NCBI RefSeq assembly: GCF_003018255.1 | Contig: NZ_CP027440.1 | Source: Escherichia coli | Lineage (GTDB): Bacteria > Pseudomonadota > Gammaproteobacteria > Enterobacterales > Enterobacteriaceae | Reading direction: 5' to 3' (one strand) | Length of the DNA stretch: 64,000 bases | Shown: in pieces, positions 1 to 11,367 of the stretch | How the letters are laid out: each line of letters starts with the position of its first letter | Numbering within the stretch: position 1 is the first letter of the stretch | Notes under the pieces: model-generated | Databases searched by the model: none | Seen by the model: the letters and a program-made list of their open reading frames with translations, nothing else | Told to the model about the DNA's origin: nothing | Position numbers and translations under genes: made by a program

Positions 1-998
1 ACTGGCACACCATCATCACCTTAAGCGGCCTGATGCTGCTGACCAAAGGTGTGGAGTTAAGCGGTTATTTTGATGTGCTGGGGCGCAAAATGGTGCGCCG
101 CTTTGCTACGGAGCGTCGGCTGGCGATGTTTATGGTGCTGGCGGCGGCGCTGCTTTCTACCTTTCTGACCAACGATGTCGCGCTGTTTATTGTTGTTCCG
201 CTGACTATCACGCTAAAAAGACTGTGTGAGATCCCGGTTAATCGGCTGATTATTTTTGAGGCGCTGGCAGTCAACGCTGGTTCGCTACTGACGCCAATTG
301 GCAACCCGCAAAATATTCTTATCTGGGGACGTTCTGGTCTTTCGTTTGCCGGATTTATTGCCCAAATGGCACCGCTGGCTGGCGCAATGATGCTGACACT
401 CCTGCTGTTGTGCTGGTGTTGTTTCCCTGGAAAGGCGCTGCAATACCATACGGGGGCGCAAACGCCGGAGTGGAAACCGCGGCTGGTGTGGAGTTGTCTG
501 GGGCTGTATATCGTCTTTCTGATGGCGCTGGAGTTAAAACAAGAGCTGTGGGGACTGGTGATTGTGGCGGTGGGCTTTGCGCTGCTGGCACGTCGCGTGG
601 TGCTCAGTGTGGACTGGACGCTGCTGCTGGTGTTTATGGCGATGTTTATCGACGTCCATTTACTAACCCAACTGCCAGCTTTGCAGGGGGTGTTAAGTAA
701 CGTGAGTCATTTATCCGAACCCGGATTATGGTTAACGGCAATCGGTTTATCGCAGGTGATCAGTAACGTGCCGAGTACCATATTGTTGCTGAACTATGTG
801 CCGCCGTCGTTGCTGCTGGCATGGGCGGTAAACGTAGGGGGCTTTGGTTTATTACCCGGATCGCTGGCAAATTTGATTGCGTTACGGATGGCGAACGATC
901 GCCGTATCTGGTGGCGTTTTCATCTTTATTCGATACCGATGCTGTTGTGGGCGGCGCTGGTGGGATATGTTTTGTTGGTTATGATCCCGGCCTGGTAG
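1..998 (+). CDS. ybiR: Putative ArsB/NhaD-superfamily transporter YbiR, 5' end outside the window
   Basis: Open frame from the window edge to the stop at 998; hydrophobic multi-TM translation matching the C-terminal part of YbiR; followed by an intrinsic terminator. Confidence 0.85.
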   Translation, partial: WHTIITLSGLMLLTKGVELSGYFDVLGRKMVRRFATERRLAMFMVLAAALLSTFLTNDVALFIVVPLTITLKRLCEIPVNRLIIFEALAVNAGSLLTPIGNPQNILIWGRSGLSFAGFIAQMAPLAGAMMLTLLLLCWCCFPGKALQYHTGAQTPEWKPRLVWSCLGLYIVFLMALELKQELWGLVIVAVGFALLARRVVLSVDWTLLLVFMAMFIDVHLLTQLPALQGVLSNVSHLSEPGLWLTAIGLSQVISNVPSTILLLNYVPPSLLLAWAVNVGGFGLLPGSLANLIALRMANDRRIWWRFHLYSIPMLLWAALVGYVLLVMIPAW

Positions 999-1010
999 GG
1001 TCTGGCAAAT

Positions 1011-1043
1011 AAAAAAGGCGGATTATGAGTCCGCCTTTGTTTT
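1011..1043. terminator. Bidirectional rho-independent terminator between convergent ybiR and ldtB
   Basis: A-run, then stem GGCGGA / TCCGCC with 7-nt loop, then TTTGTTTT. Confidence 0.7.
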
Positions 1044-1055
1044 ACGTTTTGACGA

Positions 1056-1976
1056 TTAATTCAGACGAACCGGCATCCCGGAACGATTTTTGATCGCTTC
1101 ATCAAGAACAACCTGGTCAACATCTGGCTGACCGGTCACTGTCTGCACGCTCTTCGTCAGGGTAATTGGCACAATTTCCTGACCTTCAAACTGGGCTTCG
1201 GTGGTAGACAGCGGGTTATGGACTTCAATGTAACGGCTGCCGTCTGGTTCGGTAGTCGCTTTCACCGGCTCATCAATAAACTGCACGCGAGTACCGACAG
1301 GCACTTTCTCGAACAGGAATTTAATGTCTTCGTTACGCAGACGCACACAGCCATGACTTACACGCAGGCCGATACCGAAGTTGGCGTTGGTGCCATGGAT
1401 AGCGTACAGGCGACCGATGTAGAGTGCATACAGACCCATCGGGTTATCCGGACCTGCCGGAACGACAGCCGGAAGCGGTTCGCCCGCAGCGCGGTACTCT
1501 GCGTGCATTTTGGCGGTCGGCGTCCAGGTCGGGCCTGCTTTTTTACGCTCAACTTTGGTGGTCCAGTTGATAGGCGTGTCTTTGCCTAACTGACCAATGC
1601 CGATCGGCAGCACGATAACGGTGTTGGTTCCTTTCGGATAGTAATACAGACGCATCTCTGCACTGTTAATGACGATGCCTTCATGAACGGTATCCGGCAG
1701 GATCAGCTGCTGCGGAATGTTCAGTACAGTACCGCCTTTCGGCAGGAAGGTATCCACACCCGGGTTCGCTTCCATCATATTGGAAAGTCCCATCTGGTAC
1801 TCGGCGGCAAAATACTCCAGCGGCTGAGTGTTACCTTCAGGAATGGTGATCACCTGATTCTGACCAACCAGGCGACTCCCGTCGGTTGGCAGAGGATAAG
1901 TTACCGCAGAGGCGGTACTGCAAAAGCCGACAACAGCGAAGGCCGCTGCGAATAATGTTTTCAATTTCATATTCAT
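1056..1976 (-). CDS. ldtB: L,D-transpeptidase (YkuD domain) with signal peptide
   Basis: 306-aa ORF; N-terminal signal peptide [24 protein letters not shown]; conserved SHGCVRL catalytic motif. Confidence 0.9.
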
Positions 1977-2194
1977 GTTAAGCGAGATTTTGTGCCTGGC
2001 AGGCCATTGGGTTGAGAATATTAGAGTATTGGAAGCGCATTATAAGTTCATTCCAGCTCACAGTGAAATCAGATGTGTACGAAATCACATTTTTTGCCTT
2101 TGGCTTGAGTGTAGACCTTAAGCGAGGAGCAGGATCTTCTTTCAGATTTATGGCATAATGCGCGGTTTGTCATATCTCTTTTCAGGATACGCCT

Positions 2195-3787
2195 GTGTTA
2201 GTTTCCAGTAACGTCACCATGCAGTTCGGCAGTAAGCCGTTGTTTGAAAACATTTCCGTCAAATTTGGCGGCGGCAACCGTTACGGCCTGATTGGCGCGA
2301 ACGGTAGTGGTAAATCCACCTTTATGAAGATCCTCGGCGGCGACTTAGAGCCGACGTTGGGTAACGTTTCCCTCGATCCCAACGAGCGCATTGGTAAGCT
2401 GCGTCAGGATCAGTTTGCCTTTGAAGAGTTCACTGTGCTGGATACGGTGATCATTGGGCATAAAGAGTTGTGGGAAGTGAAGCAGGAGCGTGACCGCATC
2501 TATGCTTTGCCGGAAATGAGTGAAGAAGACGGCTATAAAGTGGCCGATCTGGAAGTGAAATACGGCGAAATGGACGGTTACTCTGCGGAAGCTCGCGCCG
2601 GTGAACTGTTGCTTGGCGTGGGAATTCCAGTGGAACAGCACTACGGCCCGATGAGTGAAGTTGCTCCTGGCTGGAAGCTGCGTGTGCTGCTGGCGCAGGC
2701 GCTGTTTGCTGATCCGGACATTCTCCTGCTCGACGAACCGACCAACAACCTCGACATCGACACCATTCGTTGGCTGGAACAGGTGCTGAACGAGCGTGAC
2801 AGCACCATGATCATCATCTCGCACGACCGTCACTTCCTTAACATGGTTTGTACCCACATGGCGGATCTGGATTACGGCGAGCTGCGCGTTTATCCAGGTA
2901 ACTACGATGAGTACATGACGGCGGCGACCCAGGCGCGTGAGCGTCTGCTGGCTGATAACGCCAAGAAGAAAGCGCAGATTGCTGAGCTGCAATCTTTCGT
3001 TAGCCGCTTTAGTGCCAACGCCTCGAAATCTCGCCAGGCAACTTCGCGCGCGCGCCAGATTGATAAAATCAAACTGGAAGAGGTGAAAGCCTCCAGCCGT
3101 CAGAACCCGTTCATCCGTTTTGAACAGGATAAGAAACTGTTCCGTAACGCGCTGGAAGTGGAAGGTCTGACCAAAGGGTTTGATAACGGTCCGCTGTTTA
3201 AAAATCTCAACCTGCTGCTGGAAGTCGGTGAAAAACTGGCGGTACTGGGTACCAACGGCGTCGGTAAATCAACACTGTTGAAAACGCTGGTGGGCGATCT
3301 GCAACCGGACAGCGGCACCGTAAAATGGTCTGAAAACGCGCGCATTGGTTACTACGCCCAGGACCACGAATATGAGTTCGAAAATGATCTTACCGTGTTC
3401 GAATGGATGAGTCAGTGGAAGCAGGAAGGCGATGACGAGCAGGCGGTACGCAGCATTCTCGGTCGTTTGCTGTTCAGCCAGGACGACATCAAAAAGCCAG
3501 CGAAAGTGCTTTCCGGTGGGGAGAAAGGGCGGATGCTGTTTGGTAAGTTAATGATGCAGAAGCCGAACATTCTGATCATGGACGAACCGACCAACCACCT
3601 GGATATGGAATCCATTGAGTCGCTGAACATGGCGCTGGAACTGTATCAGGGCACGCTGATCTTTGTGTCTCACGACCGTGAGTTTGTAAGCTCCCTGGCG
3701 ACCCGAATTCTGGAAATCACCCCGGAACGCGTGATCGACTTTAGCGGTAATTACGAAGATTATCTGCGTAGTAAAGGGATCGAGTAA
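2195..3787 (+). CDS. ybiT: ABC-F family ATPase (tandem ABC domains, no transmembrane domain)
   Basis: 530-aa ORF with two Walker A motifs (GANGSGKST and GTNGVGKST) and two ABC signature motifs (LSGG). Confidence 0.9.
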   Translation: MLVSSNVTMQFGSKPLFENISVKFGGGNRYGLIGANGSGKSTFMKILGGDLEPTLGNVSLDPNERIGKLRQDQFAFEEFTVLDTVIIGHKELWEVKQERDRIYALPEMSEEDGYKVADLEVKYGEMDGYSAEARAGELLLGVGIPVEQHYGPMSEVAPGWKLRVLLAQALFADPDILLLDEPTNNLDIDTIRWLEQVLNERDSTMIIISHDRHFLNMVCTHMADLDYGELRVYPGNYDEYMTAATQARERLLADNAKKKAQIAELQSFVSRFSANASKSRQATSRARQIDKIKLEEVKASSRQNPFIRFEQDKKLFRNALEVEGLTKGFDNGPLFKNLNLLLEVGEKLAVLGTNGVGKSTLLKTLVGDLQPDSGTVKWSENARIGYYAQDHEYEFENDLTVFEWMSQWKQEGDDEQAVRSILGRLLFSQDDIKKPAKVLSGGEKGRMLFGKLMMQKPNILIMDEPTNHLDMESIESLNMALELYQGTLIFVSHDREFVSSLATRILEITPERVIDFSGNYEDYLRSKGIE

Positions 3788-3795
3788 GTTATTAT

Positions 3796-3824
3796 CCGTC
3801 AGCCCGATACTGTCGGGGTGACGG
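3796..3824. repeat. Nested stem-loop immediately downstream of the ybiT stop
   Basis: CCGTCA-G-CCCGA-tactg-TCGGG-G-TGACGG inverted repeat; no U-tract. Confidence 0.5.
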
Positions 3825-3847
3825 CGGCTGATGACAAACGCAAGATT

Positions 3848-3946
3848 GCCTGATGCGCTATGCTTATCAGGCCTACGCAGTACCTGCAATATATTGAATC
3901 TGCAGGACTTTGTAGGCCGGATAAGGCGTTAACGCCGCATCAGGCA
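3848..3946. repeat. BIME: two oppositely oriented REP elements between convergent ybiT and ybiU
   Basis: GCCTGATGCGCTATGCTTATCAGGCCTAC and GTAGGCCGGATAAGGCGTTAACGCCGCATCAGGCA match the E. coli REP consensus in inverted orientation. Confidence 0.8.
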
Positions 3947-4027
3947 TTAACAAAGCGCATTTGTCAGCAATCTGAGTAACGTTGAATCGATTTTCTTAAT
4001 CCCACATCAATTCACTTCCATTAACTC

Positions 4028-5287
4028 TCAAACATCCATGCCCAGTGCGCGCTTACCGTGAATGTTCAGATCCTCCAGCGTAAAGCGGCCTTCCCAGTTT
4101 GCTTCATAATCTTCCCGCGGGAAGTCGCCAGGTGATGCGCCTTTTTCCAGCGCCATTTTGACTTTGTGTGCATAAGCCCGATTTTTCTCGCACATTGGCG
4201 CAGCAGGGATATACATCACGTTGCCCCAACCCTGTTGATTGTCTACTGGCGCGACGGAGTGAATCACATCGCAGTGCCACCAGACGGAATCCCCTGCTGT
4301 TATCGCGGGAATGGAAGTCAGCGCTTTAAGCAGTAGTGGATGCCATTTCTCTGAAATGGGCAGAACTTTGCCAGGTGCAACCCCGCACAGTTCATCGTCC
4401 GGTACGTCATCCAGCAGCGGGCGCAATAAAACATACGCCATCGCTTCCGGGATAGGCACCACATGTAACAATCCCTGACCCGATAACATATCAGAGAGCG
4501 CCGTCCAGCCCTGAAACGTGCGGAACACCGAACATTTTGTAGTGTTATCTACCGTGTACTCTTCGACATCGGTCCGGTGTGCAGCATCCCAGGGATCGTA
4601 ATCATCGAAATTACCATTAAACACATTGGCAAAAACGCGCTGATAAGCGGGTAATAACCACCGTTCCAGCGCACCAGAATCGGTATGCGCGCCCAGGCCT
4701 TTAGATGTAGTACCTGGAGGGCGGCGGCGGATCCTGTCTGGATAAATCACACTGATATCAGGATTAAACCACTGTTTGCCGTTGCTTTCAGACTTCCACA
4801 GTCGGTTTAGAAAAGATTGCACAGCAGCCATGTTTTCGCTCTGCCGCGCCTGCATCTGTGCTTGCGACCAGTAAATGGGATAGATTTCGGGACGAGAAGC
4901 CTCCAGCGAGCCGAAAAAACTGTCGCCAGGGCCTTTATAAACATCATCAAAATGATTGATATCAAGATAATCGAGCATGGCACGATCCCACGCCATCGCC
5001 TGCTCGCGAGGGAAATGGCCTTTTATGACTGCACAACCGCGACGTTTAATTTCATTGCGAGTGGCATCGCTTACTGTACCTGCGGCAATATCACTATAAG
5101 AAACTTCCGGCCAAACCGGCAGCCCTTGCGCTTTTAGGGCATCGATTTCAGCAACACGCGTTTCGATTTTTGCAGAGAGTGTATCGAAAACCTGTTGCAC
5201 ATCACTGAGCTGTTCCCGCAGCGCAGCTTTCATCTCTCGGATAGCTGCTTTCGCATCTGTGGGCAGCGTCTCACAGGAAAAAGTCAT
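4028..5287 (-). CDS. ybiU: Conserved protein of unknown function (DUF1479 family)
   Basis: 419-aa ORF whose size and position match K-12 YbiU; no recognisable catalytic motif by eye. Confidence 0.8.
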   Translation of the reverse strand: MTFSCETLPTDAKAAIREMKAALREQLSDVQQVFDTLSAKIETRVAEIDALKAQGLPVWPEVSYSDIAAGTVSDATRNEIKRRGCAVIKGHFPREQAMAWDRAMLDYLDINHFDDVYKGPGDSFFGSLEASRPEIYPIYWSQAQMQARQSENMAAVQSFLNRLWKSESNGKQWFNPDISVIYPDRIRRRPPGTTSKGLGAHTDSGALERWLLPAYQRVFANVFNGNFDDYDPWDAAHRTDVEEYTVDNTTKCSVFRTFQGWTALSDMLSGQGLLHVVPIPEAMAYVLLRPLLDDVPDDELCGVAPGKVLPISEKWHPLLLKALTSIPAITAGDSVWWHCDVIHSVAPVDNQQGWGNVMYIPAAPMCEKNRAYAHKVKMALEKGASPGDFPREDYEANWEGRFTLEDLNIHGKRALGMDV

Positions 5288-5392
5288 ATCAACCTCGCTT
5301 CTTTCATTCGAAAGTAAAATGATTGCGATTGATACATTAAGTTAAAAATAAGTTAACGCAAGATAAAAATATTGAGTCAGTGCACAAAGCGA

Positions 5393-5428
5393 GCAAAAAG
5401 GAGAGAGGCCGAAGTGGTCACTTCGGCC
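5393..5428 (-). terminator. Rho-independent terminator downstream of ybiV
   Basis: Stem GGCCGAAGTG / CACTTCGGCC followed on the minus strand by a T-rich tract. Confidence 0.6.
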
Positions 5429-5438
5429 AGGGGGAAGA

Positions 5439-6254
5439 TCAACTATTGAAAGGAGCGATATTATCCAGCACCGCCTGAATCACATTCAGCGCGCCTTCAT
5501 GATTATTATCATCGGTAGCGTAACGGGCGATTTGTTTAATGTTTTCCGCAGCATTGCCCATCGCAAAGGAATAACGCGCCATTTTCAGCATCTCCGCATC
5601 GTTACCGCTGTCGCCAATCGCTACCACATTTTGCGGTGACAGATCCCAGCGTTTCAGTAACCGCGAAATACCGTTTGCTTTATGTAGACCGGGAATAATC
5701 AAGTCGATAAAGCCAAAACCACTGGTGACGGGTTTCATAATGCCATCCAGCGCTATGTGCAGTTTGTCGATCACTAACGGGATTTGTTCATCCGGCAGGT
5801 TGAGCGAAAACTTGAACAGTACGTCGTCAATCTCCTGATAATCTTTTACAGGTTTCAGGCGATGGTAGTGTTTTGCCATCAGTGCGACGAATGCTTCGGG
5901 GGCATTTTCGCTGACATATGCACTTTGCAGACCGCAGGCGACAAAATTGAGTTGCTTATCTTTTAGCAACTCGCCAATAACAATCCGCGATTCATGTCGG
6001 GTCAGTTCGCCGTGGAACAACTGCTTGCCATGTTCGTAAACCAGTGCGCCGTTTTCCGCGACAAAAGAGATCTCATCCTTTAGCTCAGGAAAGAACGAAA
6101 TAAGCTGGTAATACTGATTACCGCTGGCGACAACGAACTCAATGCCGCGCTTTTTCAGTTCCTGATATTGCGCCATAAAACGTGGTTGGTTGTACGTTTT
6201 GGCGTCGTTAAGAAAAGTACCGTCCATGTCTGTGACGATAACTTTTACGCTCAT
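5439..6254 (-). CDS. ybiV: HAD-superfamily (Cof-type) sugar phosphatase
   Basis: 271-aa ORF; N-terminal DMDGTF motif (HAD motif I) and GDSGND (motif IV); paralog of ybjI in this window. Confidence 0.9.
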   Translation of the reverse strand: MSVKVIVTDMDGTFLNDAKTYNQPRFMAQYQELKKRGIEFVVASGNQYYQLISFFPELKDEISFVAENGALVYEHGKQLFHGELTRHESRIVIGELLKDKQLNFVACGLQSAYVSENAPEAFVALMAKHYHRLKPVKDYQEIDDVLFKFSLNLPDEQIPLVIDKLHIALDGIMKPVTSGFGFIDLIIPGLHKANGISRLLKRWDLSPQNVVAIGDSGNDAEMLKMARYSFAMGNAAENIKQIARYATDDNNHEGALNVIQAVLDNIAPFNS

Positions 6255-6399
6255 AGGTGTGCTCCTGGCTCGAAAATGAAACCGTAACAGTGTAATAACA
6301 ATGTGACGCAGAGCACAAATTATATTTCGAATGAAAGCGAGGCTGAAATTGATGATGTGAATGATTTGGCCCGGCGACGACGACGCCGGGCTGAGGGGA

Positions 6400-8832
6400 T
6401 TACAGCATGTGTTCGGTACGGGCGATGATATCGTCCTGTGCGTCTGGAGAGAGCGCGGTGAAGAAGGCGGAATAACCCGCTACGCGTACCACCAGATCGC
6501 GGTATTGATCCGGATGTTTCTTCGCCTCCAGCAATGTTTCGCGGGAAACAATGTTGTACTGAATATGCCAGCCTTTATGCACTTCAAAGAAGGTACGCAG
6601 CAGGATCATCAGTTTCTGCTTGTCAGATTCATTCTCCAGCGTTGCCGGATTCAGTTTCTGGTTGAGCAGCACGCCGCCGAGAATTGCTGCCGTAGGCAGT
6701 TTACCCACCGAGCCAATGACCGCAGTAGGGCCGAGATGGTCAGTACCGGAGGCCGGACTAGCGCCTTCTGCCAGCGGGGTATGTGCTTTACGTCCGTCCG
6801 GCGTTGCCATCGTCTGCGCGCCAAACGGTACGTTAGCGGAGATAGACGATGTGCCCGCATAATAGTTGCCGCCAATCGGACCACGACCGTAGCGCGGGTT
6901 ATGGTACTGCTTCAGTTCGTCGATATAGGTCTGATAAGCGCGAGCCAGCAGCGTATCGACAGTATCATCGTCGTTGCCGTACTTCGGCGCACCGTTAATC
7001 AGCCGCTGACGCAGCTGCTCGTGAGTCAGGCCGTCGAAGTCATCCGCCAGTGCGGCAGCCAGCTGTTGCTGACCAATCGCGCCCTGTTCAAATACCAGTT
7101 TCTTCACTGCCGCCAGGCTGTTGCCGAGGTTAGCAATGCCGACCTGCAGGCCAGAAACCCAGTCATATTTCGCGCCGCCTTGCTTGATACTTTTCGCTCG
7201 CTCAATACAGTCATCGACCAGCGCCGAGCAGAGAATATCGTGTACGTTCTCTTCCAGCATGGTATCGACGACATATTCGATTTCGATTGATTTACGCGTG
7301 TAGTAACGGATTTGCGTATCCCATGCGTCCATTACTTCATCGAAGTTGTTGAAGTTACCCGCTGACAACGCTTTTGCTTGTGGCAGGAACACTTTGCCGC
7401 TGGTGGCATCACGACCACCTTCCAGCGCCGCCAGCATCACGCGGGCGAAGTTGATAAAGCTCATGCCGGTACAGCGATAGCCCCATTTGCCACCGACGGC
7501 GGTTTCGATACAACCAATTGCTGCGTAGTCGTAAGCGTCCTGCGGTTCAATACCGAGTTTAATAAATTCCGGGATCACGATTTCGTCGTTGTTGAACGCC
7601 GGCATCCCGAAGCCGCAGCGGATCACCTGAACACAGGCGTCGAGGAAATCGTTACTCATACCCGCATGGTAACGCACGCTGAGGTTAGGCTGAGTCGAAC
7701 GCAGGCGACCGCAAGATTCGAGGATCGCATAAGAGAGTGGATTTACCGCGTCCATCGGTTGACCATCAACCAGATTTTGCCCGCCAATGGTGACGTTCTG
7801 ATACAGCGGACTTCCCGCAGAGGCTTTTGAGTGTGAGCCGGAGCGGATTTTGTTCACTTCCAGCAGTTTCAGCCAGCAGCTATGCAGCATCTCGATGGCG
7901 TGTTCGCGATCCAGTGTCTGGTTCAGTTCAACGTCACGGCGATAGTATGGGTAGAGATACTGGTCCATACGACCAAACGATACCGAGTGACCGTTAGATT
8001 CGATCTGCAAAATCAACTGGATGAAGTAGCACAGTTGCAGCGCCTGCCAGAAAGTCTGCGGCGGCTGGTGGGCGATAAGATCGCAGTTTTCTGCTATCGT
8101 CAGCAGTTCATCGCGACGGCTTTCGCGGGTTTCGGTTGCGGCCATTTCACGCGCCAGGGCAGCGAAACGTTCAATGTGTTCACTGACTGCCACCAGCACG
8201 ATATCAATCGCTTTCAGGAATTGCTCGCCGTGCAGATCTTCCAGAACCGTCAGATTGATGCGCGAGCGACGTTCCGCCACTTTCTCACGCAGACCATCAA
8301 GACCTTTTTCCAGCAGTAGCGGGAAATTGACCGCCAGGTGCGCATCGCCGGAGGTCATATTGCCCTCCGCTTTAATGATGCCGGTCGCCAGCAGACCTTT
8401 TTGCTCATCGGTAAACATGCCGTAGCAGCGATCCTGTACGGTCTGACCGCGCCACCACGGGCACACTTCATGCAGAACGCGTTTGTTCTCTTCGCTCACC
8501 GCAAAACCAGCACCGGGACGATCTGCCAGATCATCAATCTCTTTTTCGATCCAGGAGACGGTATATTCCGGGAAGATCGGCGCGGCGCGAACTTCGCTTG
8601 CCTGGTTGCCAATGATCAATTCATCATGTTTGATCCAGATGGTGCGATTCGCCAGGTGATGCGCCAGTGCCAGCGCGCGACGTACCGGGATTGGCTTATC
8701 GAGATGTTGTTGATACATCTCGGTATAGTGTTGTGCTCGTTCGGTACAGACCGGCGGTTTCACAATATGCACCAGCGCATTTTTGTGCGCTTTAATGCGG
8801 TCGCTGAGCGTATCCAGTTTTAGTGTTGTCAT
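6400..8832 (-). CDS. ybiW: Glycyl-radical enzyme, pyruvate formate-lyase-like
   Basis: 810-aa ORF with the C-terminal glycyl-radical motif RVAGYSA; an activase gene lies immediately downstream. Confidence 0.9.
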   Translation of the reverse strand: MTTLKLDTLSDRIKAHKNALVHIVKPPVCTERAQHYTEMYQQHLDKPIPVRRALALAHHLANRTIWIKHDELIIGNQASEVRAAPIFPEYTVSWIEKEIDDLADRPGAGFAVSEENKRVLHEVCPWWRGQTVQDRCYGMFTDEQKGLLATGIIKAEGNMTSGDAHLAVNFPLLLEKGLDGLREKVAERRSRINLTVLEDLHGEQFLKAIDIVLVAVSEHIERFAALAREMAATETRESRRDELLTIAENCDLIAHQPPQTFWQALQLCYFIQLILQIESNGHSVSFGRMDQYLYPYYRRDVELNQTLDREHAIEMLHSCWLKLLEVNKIRSGSHSKASAGSPLYQNVTIGGQNLVDGQPMDAVNPLSYAILESCGRLRSTQPNLSVRYHAGMSNDFLDACVQVIRCGFGMPAFNNDEIVIPEFIKLGIEPQDAYDYAAIGCIETAVGGKWGYRCTGMSFINFARVMLAALEGGRDATSGKVFLPQAKALSAGNFNNFDEVMDAWDTQIRYYTRKSIEIEYVVDTMLEENVHDILCSALVDDCIERAKSIKQGGAKYDWVSGLQVGIANLGNSLAAVKKLVFEQGAIGQQQLAAALADDFDGLTHEQLRQRLINGAPKYGNDDDTVDTLLARAYQTYIDELKQYHNPRYGRGPIGGNYYAGTSSISANVPFGAQTMATPDGRKAHTPLAEGASPASGTDHLGPTAVIGSVGKLPTAAILGGVLLNQKLNPATLENESDKQKLMILLRTFFEVHKGWHIQYNIVSRETLLEAKKHPDQYRDLVVRVAGYSAFFTALSPDAQDDIIARTEHML

Positions 8833-8837
8833 GATTG

Positions 8838-9737
8838 TTATCCTCGTAAGGTCGCGGTTAACCCTTTCTGGCAGGCATACTGCTGGGCAAAGTCGAGCAG
8901 TTCTGGCGCATCAAGCGGTTTTTCCGGGGCGTCATAGGGCAGATTAAGTAAGTGATATTTGTTGATGCCCAGCGTGTGGTAGGGCAGGAAATGAATTTCA
9001 CCAACGTGCAGCTCGTCGGCGGCAAAATCGGTAATGGCTTTCACAGAGGTTTCGTCGGCATTAAAGCCCTGAATCAGCGGCACGCGGATAATGATTTTTT
9101 TGCCCGCTGCGGCGAGTTTTTTCAGGTTATCCAGCACTCTGGCGGCGTTACCGTCGGTCCACTGTTTAAATGGCGCGTCGGCAACGTGTTTTAAATCGGC
9201 AAGAAACAGATCGATATAGGGCAGAGAAGGGGCGATATATTTCCACGGCACATGCAGACAGGTTTCTACCGCAGTATGAATGCCGGCCTCGTGGCTGGCT
9301 TGCAGCAGCGCCGTCGCCATTTCCGGCTGCATAAACGGTTCACCGCCAGAAAGCGTTAAGCCGCCGCCGCTGCGCTCGTAAAACGGTTTATCGCGCAAAA
9401 CGGTTGCCATGATCTCCTCAACGCTTTTCACTTCACCACATACGGTTAACGCCTGTGTCGGGCAGCAGTCGGTTAACGCCGTAAAATGCTCCGGGGTTAA
9501 CTTTTCCCGATGGATAAGCAAACCATTCAGCGCGCGCTCAATCACTTCCGGCGCGGCCTTAGCGCACAGCTCGCAGCCTTCCAGACACAGTCGTGCGTCA
9601 TACAGCAGATCCTGCGTGCGGGCGCGGCTTTCCGGGTTCTGACACCAGCGGCAGCCCAGCGAACAGCCTTTAAGAAATACGACCGTGCGGATACCGGGGC
9701 CATCATGGGTCGAGTAGCGCTGAATATTGAAAATCAT
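8838..9737 (-). CDS. ybiY: Glycyl-radical enzyme activating enzyme (radical SAM)
   Basis: CxxxCxxC radical-SAM motif ([11 protein letters not shown]) plus additional Cys clusters; the ORF track start is at 9764, the more likely ATG at 9737. Confidence 0.85.
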   Translation of the reverse strand: MIFNIQRYSTHDGPGIRTVVFLKGCSLGCRWCQNPESRARTQDLLYDARLCLEGCELCAKAAPEVIERALNGLLIHREKLTPEHFTALTDCCPTQALTVCGEVKSVEEIMATVLRDKPFYERSGGGLTLSGGEPFMQPEMATALLQASHEAGIHTAVETCLHVPWKYIAPSLPYIDLFLADLKHVADAPFKQWTDGNAARVLDNLKKLAAAGKKIIIRVPLIQGFNADETSVKAITDFAADELHVGEIHFLPYHTLGINKYHLLNLPYDAPEKPLDAPELLDFAQQYACQKGLTATLRG

Positions 9738-9867
9738 AGTTGCCTCTCTGTTTCGTTCAAACATTAAAATACTTTCGAATGAAAGTTAGATTGATGTGCG
9801 TCAACTGTTCAGAGAGTTTTCCCGTGATAGTCTACATTCAGACAAAAAGTACATTTTGAGGATGGTT

Positions 9868-10530
9868 ATGGAACTGTATCTGGATACTTCAGACGTTGTT
9901 GCGGTGAAGGCGCTGTCACGTATTTTTCCGCTGGCGGGTGTAACCACTAACCCAAGCATTATCGCCGCGGGTAAAAAACCGCTGGAGGTTGTGCTTCCGC
10001 AACTTCACGAGGCGATGGGCGGTCAGGGGCGTCTGTTTGCCCAGGTAATGGCTACCACTGCTGAAGGGATGGTGAATGACGCACGTAAATTGCGTTCTAT
10101 TATTGCGGATATCGTGGTGAAAGTTCCGGTGACCGCTGAGGGGCTGGCAGCAATTAAGATGTTAAAAGCGGAAGGGATTCCGACGCTGGGAACCGCGGTA
10201 TATGGCGCAGCACAAGGGCTACTGTCGGCGCTGGCAGGTGCGGAATATGTTGCGCCTTACGTTAATCGTATTGATGCTCAGGGCGGTAGCGGCATTCAGA
10301 CTGTGACCGACTTACACCAGTTATTGAAAATGCATGCGCCGCAGGCAAAAGTGTTAGCCGCAAGTTTCAAAACCCCGCGTCAGGCGCTGGACTGCTTACT
10401 GGCAGGATGTGAATCAATTACTCTGCCACTGGATGTGGCACAACAGATGATTAGCTATCCGGCGGTTGATGCCGCTGTGGCGAAGTTTGAGCAGGACTGG
10501 CAGGGAGCGTTTGGCAGAACGTCGATTTAA
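9868..10530 (+). CDS. fsaA: Fructose-6-phosphate aldolase 1 (transaldolase-like)
   Basis: In-frame ATG giving [17 protein letters not shown] (220 aa); the ORF track start at 9796 is an upstream in-frame extension. Confidence 0.9.
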   Translation: MELYLDTSDVVAVKALSRIFPLAGVTTNPSIIAAGKKPLEVVLPQLHEAMGGQGRLFAQVMATTAEGMVNDARKLRSIIADIVVKVPVTAEGLAAIKMLKAEGIPTLGTAVYGAAQGLLSALAGAEYVAPYVNRIDAQGGSGIQTVTDLHQLLKMHAPQAKVLAASFKTPRQALDCLLAGCESITLPLDVAQQMISYPAVDAAVAKFEQDWQGAFGRTSI

Positions 10531-10561
10531 CCGGACGTTCTGCATCCTCATAAATTGCTGA

Positions 10562-10606
10562 TGACGTGGCGGAGTGCACCGATGCCTGCCACGTCTTATC
10601 AGGCCT
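10562..10606. repeat. REP-like hairpin between convergent fsaA and moeB
   Basis: Inverted repeat GACGTGGC...GCCACGTC followed by CTTATCAGGCC, resembling REP. Confidence 0.5.
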
Positions 10607-10617
10607 GGAGGTGGCAA

Positions 10618-11367
10618 TTACTGCCCGCACACCTCACACCCCGGATTGCGCATCAGTTTCATTTCGCGAAACTGACAGGTCATCGCATCGTACATCACGA
10701 TTTTCCCGCTGGCTGGTTTGCCATAACCTGCCAGCAGTTTGATCGCTTCCATTGCCTGCAACGAACCAATTACGCCGATCAACGGTGCCATCACGCCTGC
10801 TTCTACGCAGGTTAACGCGTTCTCGCCAAACAAACGGCTAAGGCAGCGATAGCACGGTTCGCCGTCCTGATAAGTGAAGACCGTGATTTGCCCTTCCATA
10901 CGAATTGCCGCGCCGGAAACCAGCGGCACCTTCGCGGCAAAACAGCCTGCGTTCAGTTGATTACGTACTGCAACGTTATCCGTACAGTCGAGCACCAGAT
11001 CGTGTTTTGCAATCATCGCAGCAAGTTCAGCGTCATCAAGCAGCGCATTGACTGGCGTAATCGCGATATGTGGGTTGATCCGCGTCAGGGCGTCACGGGC
11101 GGATTCCACCTTTGGTTGCCCGACCGTGGCATCACTGTGCAGCGTCTGGCGTTGCAGATTGGAGAGCGAAACCGTGTCGAAGTCGAGCAGCGTCAGGTTG
11201 CCGACACCGGCGCTTGCCAGATACTGCGAAGCTGCGCAGCCGAGTCCACCAAGGCCGACGACCAGCACGCGGGAATCTTTCAATGCTTCCTGACCGTCAA
11301 AATCAAAACCGCGCAGAATGATTTGCCGGTTGTAGCGCAGCATCTCCTGATCGCTGAGTTCTGCCAT
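10618..11367 (-). CDS. moeB: Molybdopterin-synthase adenylyltransferase
   Basis: 249-aa ORF; ThiF/MoeB Rossmann motif GLGGLGC; C-terminal CxxC pairs; start overlaps the moeA stop. Confidence 0.9.
   Translation of the reverse strand: MAELSDQEMLRYNRQIILRGFDFDGQEALKDSRVLVVGLGGLGCAASQYLASAGVGNLTLLDFDTVSLSNLQRQTLHSDATVGQPKVESARDALTRINPHIAITPVNALLDDAELAAMIAKHDLVLDCTDNVAVRNQLNAGCFAAKVPLVSGAAIRMEGQITVFTYQDGEPCYRCLSRLFGENALTCVEAGVMAPLIGVIGSLQAMEAIKLLAGYGKPASGKIVMYDAMTCQFREMKLMRNPGCEVCGQ

Noticed and set aside
2345-2992. 215-aa minus-strand ORF
   Set aside because: Antisense inside ybiT; no ribosome-binding site or motif.
6361-7290. 309-aa plus-strand ORF
   Set aside because: Lies entirely antisense within the ybiW glycyl-radical enzyme gene; Arg/Cys-rich translation typical of a spurious antisense frame.
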